Positions 1 through 10,275 of a stretch of 64,000 nucleotides of DNA are shown piece after piece. Position 1 is the first letter of the stretch. Each line of letters opens with the position of its first letter. The stretch covers positions 372,001 to 436,000 of the forward strand of contig CDRNST010000114.1 in assembly GCA_977016875.1 (NCBI GenBank), given 5' to 3'. The notes beneath the pieces were generated by a model. That model saw nothing but the letters and a program-made list of their open reading frames with translations. It was not told where the DNA came from and ran no database searches. The DNA comes from Pavona decussata. Its lineage: Eukaryota. The translations under genes were made by a program, and so were the position numbers.

Positions 1-22
1 GGACCGAACAAGCTCTAGTTCA

Positions 23-197
23 ATAGGCCATTTTCGAGTTGCCCTGAACCTCATTGTAAAAGCAAGGCTAAGTGCAAAGTTTTTATAATGAAAATAAGTT
101 TTCATTCATATGCAAACAAAACTAATTTTCACATGAAAAGTTTTGCACTTAGCCTTGCTTTCATAATGAGGTTCACAGTAATTGGGGAATGGCCTAT
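23..197. mobile_element. Palindromic MITE
   Basis: Ends ATAGGCCATT / AATGGCCTAT and long internal inverted arms (AAAGCAAGGCTAAGTGCAAA vs TTTGCACTTAGCCTTGCTTT); no coding capacity. Confidence 0.75.
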
Positions 198-901
198 AAG
201 GTTTTTTTATTATATAGACTTTCCCCTTGTTGCTTTCTAGTCCGCGCGAAATTTGTTTATTTTCAAGCAGTGCAAGATAAAATTGCATGGAAGTGAAACG
301 ACCCCTAAAACTCCTACTTGACGGTTTGAACTGTTTCTACTTCATAAATTTAATTAAAAACATTTTTGCCTTGTTTTTGTCAAAATTGAAACACTTTACA
401 GACTCCTTTCAAACGTACGATCTATTGCAAACGGTCCATCTTAGCGGTCCGTATAGAAAAATTCGGACTGCTAAGGGAGCCAATGAGAATGCTTCTCGTA
501 GACCGGCTCAGCTATATAATAAAGTTTCTTATCCGAGATTTCGCTTACCTTCTGGATATATCGCCACGAAAAGCTCAAACAAATAATGACTTTTTATGCA
601 GAAAAGCGACGTTTAATCAGCGTTGAAACAATAAGTCACCCTCGACAGGCATTAGCGTAGCCTATGGATTATTTTAACAATCAAATAGACTTACGTTTTT
701 GTTTTCAAATGGAACTGGAAACTTTATGGATAACATATGGTATAATTAGATTGAAAGAGTTTTCCAAATGACTGAATTAGTATACTGATCAATGGCTCTA
801 AAAACTTTCCCTACGAAAGTTTGGTATGGCTAATTTTTCAGAACGATTGAATCTTACAAAGAGCGGATAAGTGCGAACAATAACCCATTAGTTCCAGTAT
901 G

Positions 902-1186
902 GTGCTTAGTGGCCTGGTCTTTGAGTGGAAGCGAGGCTGGAGTTGACTCTGTTTAATCTCGTACCCAGATCTCAGTCGGTTCGGGGATGTCCCTTCCGCC
1001 TGACCGTGGGAGATCTGGGTACGAGATTAGACTCTGTTTTGATACAAACCTCGCTGATTTTCATTCGAAAACCGTTTCGTTCTTATGCTGAGTAGTTTTC
1101 ATTTACATTTGAATAGCACTGAGGTTTGTATCAAAACAACGTCAACTCCAGCCTCGCTTCAACTCAAAGGCCAGGTCATTAAGCAC
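902..1186. mobile_element. Palindromic MITE (host of a nested insertion)
   Basis: Left arm GTGCTTAGTGGCCTGGTCTTTGAGTGGAAGCGAGGCTGGAGTTGAC is nearly complementary to right arm GTCAACTCCAGCCTCGCTTCAACTCAAAGGCCAGGTCATTAAGCAC. Confidence 0.8.
954..1029. mobile_element. 76-bp mini-MITE with 20-bp TIRs and 9-bp TSD
   Basis: Perfect TIR TAATCTCGTACCCAGATCTC / GAGATCTGGGTACGAGATTA; GACTCTGTT directly repeated at 945-953 and 1030-1038. Confidence 0.9.
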
Positions 1187-1264
1187 AACTGGGAAATTGA
1201 ACCATTGCAAGTTAGTGTTTTGGTGCGATAATATAATTAAACAACTTTAATTAATTAATTTTGC

Positions 1265-1270
1265 TTTATT
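1265..1270 (-). terminator. Putative polyadenylation signal of gene A
   Basis: AATAAA on the minus strand ~190 nt after the stop codon at 1463. Confidence 0.5.
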
Positions 1271-1462
1271 AAAAAGTTTTTATGTGAAATAATTACAAGC
1301 AATGATGCTGTCCACAGTGAGATAAGTGCATACTATTAGAAATCCTCCTGAAAATCCGGTGCTGATTTAAAAAGAAAACGTCTGCTAAAAGAATTAAACG
1401 AATCATGGTGGAAAAAATAAAGTCTAGTAAATGACAAAACTAAAAAGAAAATTATAACCAAG

Positions 1463-1872
1463 TTACAATCGATTCATTACCATATCAAAGAGTCTATCTC
1501 TCTTTTCGGCCAGATTTAGAATCCTGGCTTGACGAATCTGCAAACTTTGCATTAAATCCACGTCTTCTTGCGTTCCGCTTGGGTTGTGTAAAGGAGGACT
1601 TATAAAGTTTTCCGCACTTTGCTCGTTCTGAATTGTTTCTAGAGAAAGCCTGAAAAGTTCTTGATCGTTCTCGTTATCTTCCAAGGGAAAGTCATTGAAT
1701 CTATGGTTTTCGAGATCTCGCATTTCCCGCGTGAAGGTTTCGTGCACTGAGGAAACTTGTGAGGATACAGGTAGGTTTTCTTCCATTTCAACATCATCAC
1801 CAACGTTGTTTTCATTGAAGTTAGAACTGGCTGCGTTATAAATCTTATTCAACCTATCCTCTGCACTGCAAC
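1463..1872 (-). CDS. Gene A, last coding exon (uncharacterised ~1076-aa low-complexity protein)
   Basis: Acceptor AAACTTACAG| before 1872; phase-1 join G|GT continues into CSAEDRLNK...MVMNRL-stop. Confidence 0.85.
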
Positions 1873-1949
1873 CTGTAAGTTTTAAAAACACGAGTAAATT
1901 GATTAGCACTTAATAATCCACACTGACCTGTTAGGGGTTATTTCCATAT

Positions 1950-2004
1950 CCCTTCGTCACGAATGGTTCGCTCTGACGAAGGGCTAACGCTCGAAACGTC
2001 AGCT
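1950..2004 (+). ncRNA. Minimal type I hammerhead-ribozyme motif inside a Penelope-like-derived repeat (intron of gene A, antisense to it)
   Basis: GCT-CTGACGA(1973-1979)-A-GGGC taac GCTC-GAAA(1993-1996)-CG-TC(2000)-AGC: both catalytic core boxes, stem II, minimal stem III and a 3-bp stem I. Confidence 0.65.
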
Positions 2005-2114
2005 GTTGATATAACCAAGCATTCGTTTCCCCTCCCAAGTTAATAAATGGATTGGTTACAACATTCAAAAGCCGGAATGTTTCCGCTGAGGCGCTTACTG
2101 AATCTAATGCTTAC

Positions 2115-3266
2115 CTCTCTCGTCATCCTGGAGGATCTTGCTGTGTTCGACTCCACCAACTCCATCTTCCAACCCATCGACCAAAGACGGTTTGGGTGGT
2201 TCATTGTTCTCGATATTCCCTTCATTAATAACTTGAGTTGTGACTGTACTACTAGGTCGTGACACATAATTTATCTCATCATGCCCCAAGCTGTTCCCTT
2301 CTTTATCGCCTTTATTTTGTACTAAAGCCGGCTCTTGAGTTGCCTCTACACTGCCATAATCTGACACGCTAATGTTACTTTCATAACCATTCATTGAAAG
2401 GTCACATTTTTTTGTTGCATTTGTCTTCTCTAGTTCCACGGCATTGTCTTGTTTGTTCAATTCGTTTGTGCCAATCTTGTCCATTTCATACTTAGCGCGC
2501 AAATCGGATAATTCCTTTCCTGTCACATTTTCCTCGAGTGTCACGCAATTCTTAACCTCGTTTTTATGATTTGGTGCCACACTTCTTATAGGTTCGTCTT
2601 GCGTGACACCCTGAGTGTTATGGCTGACGTCTTGAAAACTAAAAGAATTGGAGCCACTCTTTTCCATTTCATCCTTTACTGGCAAGAAAGATATTTTCTC
2701 AGGCAATACGTTTAAGTCATTAACGGTGTGCTTTTCATTTAGCACCAAACTTTCTGCTGCTGTAACTTGCGTGACACTTCGAGCGACGTGCGTGATATCT
2801 AGTGCACCAGAAGAAATCGTTTTGATCTTGTGCATAACTTCCTTATCTGATAACGACAATCGTTTCATTTTCGTAGACGTGGGGCTTTGATTTCTTTGAA
2901 ACTCCTTTTCGCCAACGTTGGACGACGAGAACGATCTCTTTCTGCAAGTCCCAGGTGGAGAGTCCAGTCCAATTCCTGCTGGTAAACTTACAATGGGGTC
3001 TTTCAGAATACCTTCCGAATTTAGCAGAGACAAACTTGCACGTTCATGTCGCTTGTTGTTGTTGTTGTTGTTTGCCATGCTAGTGTCATCATCGTTATCA
3101 TTAGAAACTTCTATAGATTTTGTTTCTTTCATTTCAATGTGTCCTGTGTCTTTGTGAGGGGGTGGGGTGGCTTGACACGGAGTGATAAGTTCATCACAAT
3201 GTTCCCGACCTTGACTATTTGTTTCTTTGCCTTCCTTTGGAATCTCAGTTGAAGTTAGAACGTCAC
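2115..3266 (-). CDS. Gene A, coding exon 4
   Basis: Acceptor TTCCTTCTGCAG| before 3266, donor AGAG|GTAAGC after 2115; 1152 nt, phase 1-1, open throughout and in frame with ORF 2104..3132; includes a poly-Asn microsatellite. Confidence 0.9.
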
Positions 3267-3457
3267 CTGCAGAAGGAATAAATTTTAGGATGAACGAGTG
3301 AAAGATACAATATATTTTTGAATTTACATAAGGAATGAAAAAATACCTAGGTTTTCTTTTCCCGGGGTCACTCCAACCCAGCCATAAACTTACAAATTTA
3401 TACTGGACAGTTTGGGCTCCAATAATGCAAGAGGTAACACAATTTTCTTCAACTTAC

Positions 3458-4103
3458 GTTTTGCGCCCCCGCCCTCTTTGTTTCCAAGCCCAGTTTCATT
3501 TTGGGTCACATGACCAGCTTGTGACTCAGCATCAGTGATATCCAATGCTTGTGACTCGGAGGCTGCGCGATGAATCACTTCCCTTAATTCTTCACCGGAA
3601 GTTGCTTTTCCTCTCTCATCAGATCTGTCTGTAGTTATTTCCTGTTTCTTAGCTGTGTCCGTTTTCTCGTTTCGCATTCCTTTGGTGAGAGCCTTAACTC
3701 GCTTCTGCAAACCAAGAATGGCTTTCAGCATTTGTTTCTTTCTTTGCTCATCCTCCGCCCGATGCAGTCTACTTTTTATGTACCGTATCCTGGCAATTAA
3801 GTCCCTGACATCGTTTTGCTTACTTCCGGCTTCTACTTTTGCAGGAGCATTTCCTGTGCTTGTTGTGGACTGAAGAACAGTACTGGTAGATTGATATGCA
3901 ATTGTGGTGGGCAGACAGCTAGTGCTCTGGCTGGCACCCTGTTTCGGAGCAGAAATAAACAAGGGTGATTCCTCAGAGCTTTCCACGTTGTTGTTTTGGA
4001 TAGCCGTTTCAGCCGGATCATCTTCGATAACAATTGGAGCATCGTCTCTTGTCTTCTTGGAACTTGGCGGCTGGTAACACATTTTTCCTGTACCTTCACC
4101 TCC
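3458..4103 (-). CDS. Gene A, coding exon 3 (carries the shared helical module and a SIM-like PIVIEDD)
   Basis: Acceptor ATGTATCTAG| before 4103 (phase 0), donor AAAC|GTAAGT after 3458 (phase 1); 646 nt, in frame with ORF 3390..4082. Confidence 0.9.
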
Positions 4104-4527
4104 CTAGATACATGAATACACAATAAACCACATGTTTGCTGCAATTCACTCGGCGCTTTCTCTTCTAAGTTTCAGGGATTCACAGTTTCGTTTTCAGTCA
4201 GTTTTTCTCGTTACTTTAAAACTTGCAAAAAGAGAGGTGGAATCGATCTCCTCGGTTAAAGTCTTCAAACTCTTTTATGTTCAAACACATGTGAACTTAA
4301 GAAATTTGATTTAGGGCCTATTCTTTCTCTGAAAAATTACTTTTCTTCTCTATGCCGTAAGAGCAATTTAAAGTGTCAGTTAAGGCACGCTGTTTAAAAC
4401 GTGTTGCAGCTTTGACCAAAGAACAGAAATATCCCTATGAGAGTGCCCCTTTGGGTACCTCCTTTTACTACTGCATACTGAGCATACGTTCTGCGCATCT
4501 CGGGATGGTCCTAGAAGCTCTGATTTC

Positions 4528-4887
4528 TTAAGGATGGTGCCTACCTATTCAAAGTATTTTTTTTGTGCACGCGCGCGCACGGTTTAGACTCTGCAGGAAG
4601 GGAAGATCTTAGCAACGATCCAGTTGAAATCCAAAAAGAAAATTGGGGATAGCCATGCATTTTTCAGAGATAATTACTGAAGTAACAATTATTCTGAAAC
4701 GACTTAAACTACATTACAATGCATGGAATGTTTTTTCCAAATTGAAGCCTAATTATCTTAGAAAAATTCGTGGCTATCCCCAATCTTCTTCTTGGATTCC
4801 AATAGCCCTTGTTAAGAACTACTTTTCAGTCGCACATAATAATAAACTGTGCAAAAATACCTCTGTATTAGGAAGCATCATCCTTAA
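4528..4887. mobile_element. MITE with TTAA-bounded ends (Kolobok-like)
   Basis: TTAAGGATGGTGC at left end, GCATCATCCTTAA at right end. Confidence 0.6.
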
Positions 4888-5031
4888 ACACATCAATTGA
4901 CCGCCACCCTCAAGAAGGCGTAAAAATATTTCATCGCGTAGGTACATGAACAGGGTAGTTCAAAAACAAGAATTATTTTAATTTAAAGAAAATTATCGGG
5001 CAATTAACTCGTAGTAAACATAAAATCTCAC

Positions 5032-6032
5032 CGGGTTATCTTGTTGTTCCAGTTCAACACCAGTTGAGCTTGATAAAATATTTTTTCTTGGTGGTCCTGC
5101 TGTAATGTTATCAGATGTACCATGAGTGTTTTCACCCTCAGAGCATTGTCCACTGGGTTGGTTGTTAGGAACATTACTGGAGCTAGCGACTAAATTTTCC
5201 TTCTGTTGGTTGACAAAACAGGAGATGTCGCCTCCTTCCAACTGAGTCGTCTGCTTTGTTTCCTCAGGCATACAGAATGAAACATAAAAAGTATTGATTC
5301 TTGTTGGTACTTTTCCCACAATTTGACGAATTGTTGCCTGTTCTCTGTAAGTATTTTTAATACTTCCGTTGTTCAGAACTTGACCCGACGCCGAGTGTTT
5401 TTCATTCCCCTGGTCATGAAGCAAGCCAAGTGACCCATGAATTGGTTGTGCCCTCAGATTCGTATTCTGATCCAGAATTCTTAAAGAAGTCGCATTAATA
5501 TTTTCATCTAAATGTCCATTTTTACTATCGTAGTTAAGCAAAACACGACCACCGACTTCAGTTTCCTGTAGTTTGGGTCGTTTAAACATGCTAGGTTCGT
5601 GAATGGGGCATGCGCATGGCTGAACCAAGGATGGCATCTGTTGCAGCACAGTTGAATTTGCCACGCAGCCGTTAGCGCTTTTCGCCAATGTCTCCGTCTG
5701 GCCACTAGCACATATGGGCGCTTTAATCTTTGGTGTACCAGTTACAAGGTCTTTATCTTCTTTCGGAGGGTGATCCCATCTGAAAACGGAGTCAATATCT
5801 TGGAGTTCTTGGTTAGTAGCGGAATTCGTTCCGTTGCCAATTCCCTGCGATAGTCCATTGCTAGGTACATTATTTGCTAACACGGCGTTGCCCCTCTGAT
5901 CAAAAGTCACTGGCCAGCAAACAGAGACAAGTTTTGGATAATTTTTGTAATCGAACGCTACTCCTGAAGGAAACACCAACGTAGTGGGTTGAAGGCTAGG
6001 TTCCCCAAGGGCACTTGGGATGATAGGAAACA
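5032..6032 (-). CDS. Gene A, coding exon 2
   Basis: Acceptor TCTCTCTCCTCAG| before 6032 (phase 1), donor CCG|GTGAGA after 5032 (phase 0, matching the next exon); 1001 nt open frame. Confidence 0.9.
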
Positions 6033-6068
6033 CTGAGGAGAGAGATGTAAAATAATATCAATGACCTG

Positions 6069-6307
6069 GGCTGGGTTGTTCGAAAGCCGATTAACGCTAA
6101 TCAACGATTAAAAGTTAACCGAGGTTTTCGTCTCGCTCATTAAAAATGATTTTAAAGGCTCCTTTTAAGCTAATGGCATATAAAAATCTAAGGTAAAACT
6201 TAGGGACAAAAATCTTTTGGACGAATCCTTATGGATAAGTAAATATACTCGAATCAAAGTTCACGTTAACCCAGGATTAGCTTAATCGGTCTTTGAACAA
6301 CTGGGCT
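6069..6307. mobile_element. PIF/Harbinger-like MITE, copy 1
   Basis: TIRs GGCTGGGTTGTTCGAAAG / CTTTGAACAACTGGGCT with CTG on both flanks (3-bp CWG TSD); homologous to 7835-8026 and 51165-51310. Confidence 0.8.
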
Positions 6308-6311
6308 CTGG

Positions 6312-6312
<1 letters not shown>

Positions 6313-6375
<63 letters not shown>
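6313..6375. repeat. (GAT)21 microsatellite, probably the 3' tail of the adjacent LINE
   Basis: Direct count of a perfect trinucleotide run, located at the 3' end of the minus-strand LINE fragment. Confidence 0.95.
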
Positions 6376-6660
6376 AAACTGGTTTTCAGGGGGTCCTCTG
6401 AAATAAAAAAAGAGAAGCAAGTAACAAAATATCCCCTAAGATAAGATATAAAAATAGGTAACAATAAAAATTAGGATCTACTATAAATATATATATAAAC
6501 TAACCTAAAACAAGTCACATAAAAATTTATTGAGATTCCTTTTAAAAATCGCGTTAGGCATAGGTCTTTTTAATTCGTTAGGCAGGAAGGCCCAATCGTT
6601 CAAAGCTCTAAAGTATGTAGTATGTCTTCCCAATTCCGTTCGTGGCTTGGGAAGTCTTGG
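6313..6660 (-). mobile_element. 5'-truncated L2/CR1-clade LINE 3' end
   Basis: Minus strand 6660-6505 translates PRLPKPRTELGRHTTYFRALNDWAFLPNELKRPMPNAIFKRNL..stop, resembling an L2/CR1 ORF2 C-terminus; followed by an AT-rich UTR and (ATC)n tail. Confidence 0.7.
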
Positions 6661-7236
6661 TAGAAATTAGAAAACCATGTAGTCTTTTTGAGATAAGTCG
6701 GACTAACCAAAGTTCTCTAATGGTCGACTTAGACAATACAACTTTTTCGCATGCGACCTTTCTACGTCATACCTAAGGAAAGACTAACGGCAAAAGTTGG
6801 CGGTAGGTTTAATTTAGGTCAGTAGCACATGCATATCGTAAAAATTTAGTGCAACAAAGACGTACTCTCAGGTTCAGTCTTATACCACCTACCTCTGGTT
6901 GCACGTTGAGAGCCGCTTAATGGCAAGGTTAGCTGGTTTGCGCCAGTTGAGATATTAAAAACAGTGGGTATCTCCTTCAGTGTTTCATCCGCCAAAGAAG
7001 ATGCTGACGCCATCTATAGCCAAAATCCCTAGAAAAAGAAAATCCTCTCTTTATAGAAATCAGAAAAGCATGAACGTTTTTATGTGACACGAATAATCAG
7101 ACAAGAGACCGAACAACAATGATAGATACCCTAGGGAATCCTCACATCGCACTAGTTTAAATTTTTCGTCGCGACACAATAATATTTTTCCCATAATTGT
7201 AGTTTCTTCTCTAGAGTTTACTCCTTTCTGACTTAT

Positions 7237-7467
7237 GCCCCATTCACACCAAGGCTTAAACACGTTTAAAGCTGATTAGTTAAACACAGTTTAAAATTGT
7301 TTCCTTCATAAAAGCTGCTTTCGGATTTTTGTCGACTACACAAATGAAAGCATAAGTTAAAGTTTACTTGAATCCTATGTCAAAACCAATGGTTCAGCTT
7401 TCTGTTACCAATTTTCATTTTGTTAAACCTGGTTTAATTAAACATGTTTTGTTGGTGTGAATGGGGC
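7237..7467. mobile_element. MITE
   Basis: TIR GCCCCATTCACACCAA / TTGGTGTGAATGGGGC. Confidence 0.8.
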
Positions 7468-7508
7468 TGACTGTATATAGAAACATTGCACGAAAATTTG
7501 GTTTTGAT

Positions 7509-7648
7509 CACCTTTGTTTCTTATCAAAGGCATGACTGAAAGGTGCGTGATACAAACGCCCCTAGCGACTTTTGACACGGGTACGTCTTTGTTCCACAGT
7601 AGCACATTTGCATCACCTTTGACAGTCCTTCAACGTCCATCAAAGGTG
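7509..7648. promoter_or_regulatory. Cluster of TCF/LEF- or Sox-type HMG-box motifs
   Basis: CTTTG[AT][AT] matches at 7512, 7523(rc), 7587 and 7639(rc), plus CTTTGAC at 7617; CACCTTTG occurs three times within 140 bp. Confidence 0.35.
7512..7533 (-). CDS. Gene A, candidate first coding exon (MPLIRNK-)
   Basis: ATG at 7533, donor AAG|GTGATC after 7512 in phase 1 as the next exon requires; candidate acceptor TTATGCAG| near 7677. Confidence 0.5.
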
Positions 7649-7834
7649 TTATACCTTTCGTGCGCGCCAAAAGTGTCTGCATAATTCAAACAAACACTTT
7701 AAAAAAGCATTTATACTCCGCATAAAATGACTTGGGGTAGGGATATTACAAGAGCGGTTTTCAACATCAACCACAACCAAAGTAATTCCTCTCGCCAATC
7801 ACAACAGACGCAAACAACACAATGGACCAATCAG

Positions 7835-8026
7835 GGCCGGGTTGTTCGAAAGCCGATAAACGCAAATCTACGATTAAAAATTAATCGAGGGTTTTATCCT
7901 GCTCGTCTAAGACAAAACTGAGGGCCAAAACTCTTTTGAAAGAATCATTATTGATTAGTAATTAAACTCGAATTAAAGTTCACGTTAATCCAGGATTAGT
8001 TTAATCAGGCTTTGAACAACTGGGCC
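7835..8026. mobile_element. PIF/Harbinger-like MITE, copy 2, nested in an older repeat (~7751-8160)
   Basis: GGCCGGGTTGTTCGAAAG / CTTTGAACAACTGGGCC, flanks CAG/TAG; strong similarity to 6069-6307. Confidence 0.8.
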
Positions 8027-9718
8027 TAGAACACGAAGCAAATACATATAAGCGGCGAAAAGCGTGGGAAAACGCCAGCGAGCAAGTCATTGGTTCTCAG
8101 TGGCTGAAGAATTGCCAACCAATCATAGGGCGCAATAGAGCTAACCAAAGCGTCGTTGATTCCCAAAGCATTTTGTTTTTTTTTTTTTTTTAATAGTAAG
8201 TGGTGCGAAGAATGTGTGAAACAAATGTTTTTAACAACAAAACAACAAAACGGTAGAGATCAAGTTTGTGCACAAGTGTGTGGTGTGATCGAAAGTCTGA
8301 CTGTGTTAGCGCGCTTCCACATTGGCCGAGCGAGAAAGTCAACGTCTCCGCGTAGCCGTACGGTATTAGATGCGAGGAAACCAATGAATAAAGTACCAAA
8401 CTGTAAAGTATGAATTTTGATACTATTTGGGCATTGAATGACGACATTTTCCACTTAAATTACAAAATGGAGATTAGTTGTGACAAATTTCATTTCGGTT
8501 TAAGAATATCAAGTAAAGTTTCGAGCAGTCTCCATCTACTAAGCGAGCAACACAAGCTTCTTGTTCATGTATTAGCAAAATAAGCTGCGATTCATTTAAT
8601 ACATTAGCCTGCAATGGAGTTTTCATGAAATTCTAATGTTTGAACCCTTCCGAGAACAACACTCCACATCATCGAGACAATAACATAATTTGATGTAAAG
8701 AGCAATTTCGGAACGTTTTAACGAGACCACAGCCATTTTGACTTTCAGTATATTTCATTTAAAATGCAAAGCGACCGCTGTCTCGAGAACTTAACTTTGA
8801 GTGAATAAATTAATAACTGTCTGAGTTGCAATTGTAAGGCAGACGGCTTACCCAGACAACCTCTATTCATATAGTTTCATTTCTTTCTAAAAACAGCTTG
8901 AAAGGTTAAATTATCAGTGGAAAGCTTCTTCACGATCACAGAAAGGTAGATCAGAAAACGTTTTACACATCAGAAGCGTTGAATAATAGCCGCTGATATA
9001 TCATAAGTTTGTAGGAAGGAAAGATAATGGCTTGTGCATTTACGTCAGTCTAAGTACAAACTGTTTGCGTTTTATAATTAAAATTTTGTAATCCAAAGGA
9101 AACCCACGAAAATTTGAAAACGCGCTCTAAAAAGAGCGAAAATGAAACAGTATAGAAAATAATTATTGAATTAATCTGATGAGAAATAGAACCAAAATGA
9201 AAGGAAAAGTATAGTTTTTAATTTGCTTTGCTGAAAAATTGCATGAGAAAAATTCATGTGAAACTGTCAAGATGTTATGACATAAAATTATGAAATATAC
9301 ATTCTATCATGTGGAAACTGGCATGGCGGATGAAAATTAAACTAGCGAACGAACGGAGGCGACTAATCCTCGCGCAATATATGAATTTTTCAAAAGAACC
9401 ATTTTCCACCACTAAAAGTGTGGGCCACCTTCAAAAGGGTTGATAAAAAATTACCTTTCGACAAGACTAGCTAAAGAAAAAGTCCTCATGAATTTTCTTT
9501 TATAAGCGCGAAAATCCAAGGTTTTTTGTCTACACCGGTGATAACAAATATAACACTGAAATAAAAAAAACACCAATCATTTTGTAACTTTTTGGTATGT
9601 AACAGTTAATTCCACGAAGAGACATTTTACAGCCGTTCGACATTACCCCAAATACTGTTCAAGTTTTACCACCAATGATCTGTTGAAAAAAAATAGTTTT
9701 GTGATAAAATAAACTCAC

Positions 9719-9860
9719 CTTCACTGGAATTCTCCTTCTTCAATGTATTATATCCACTTCGCTTGATTTTAACGGAATAAACAAACAAGCTCTTTTCATT
9801 TCGCGATCCGTTACAAATTTACCGTTAACATCTGAAACGTATGACGCACGAGCACACAAC
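9719..9860 (-). other. Candidate non-coding first exon of gene A
   Basis: Consensus donor AAG|GTGAGT after 9719 next to a CpG-richer stretch (9840-9920); no ATG-initiated frame reaches the donor; 5' boundary is a guess. Confidence 0.35.
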
Positions 9861-9977
9861 ACAATAGAAACATGCGCGCGCATTTGACACGTGCGCTCGT
9901 TCCCAGAGCCCGTGCGTCTGAGAAGAAAAATGGTGCAGTAGAGTACTAGGCATATTCACGGTAGCATCAGTTTAGAC

Positions 9978-10275
9978 AGGGCCACCGAATGGTTTATTTC
10001 GGAATTAGTTGTAAAGAAAGTGTTCTAAAGTTTTCTTCGGAAAATTTTCAGCTTCAAATTTCGTAACACTAGCTGGAAAACTAATTCCTTTCGTTTTCGA
10101 AGGGGCAAATATGTCGGTAAAAAGGGGAAAAAAGCTCAGGTAGTATTTTCGTAAAACAAACAACAGCTGGTAAATTCGGGAAATGATATGTCGTTCCCTT
10201 AGATTTCTGCAATTTAAACTTTCAGCTAAAGCATTCGAACAAATCAAACAGTATTAATTTTCACAAGTATTTTGC
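9978..10275 (+). repeat. Interspersed repeat, CAGGGGCAC-ended family (related copies at 25511-25819, 40864-41240, 54172-54558)
   Basis: Shares TGTAAAGAAA..CTAAAGTTTTCT..CAAATTTCGTAACA..GTTTTCGAAGGGGCAAA.ATGTCG with the 25570-25760 copy. Confidence 0.65.

Noticed and set aside
1463-6033. Four separate genes for the four minus-strand ORFs
   Set aside because: Splice sites and phases join them into one continuous reading frame; the ORF tails past the donors are intronic.
6282-6464. Poly-Ser ORF
   Set aside because: Produced by the (GAT)n microsatellite and overlaps MITE/LINE sequence.
7523-7640. ATG at 7640 (MDVEGLSK...) as the start of gene A
   Set aside because: That frame reaches TGA at ~7523 before the donor; at most an upstream ORF.
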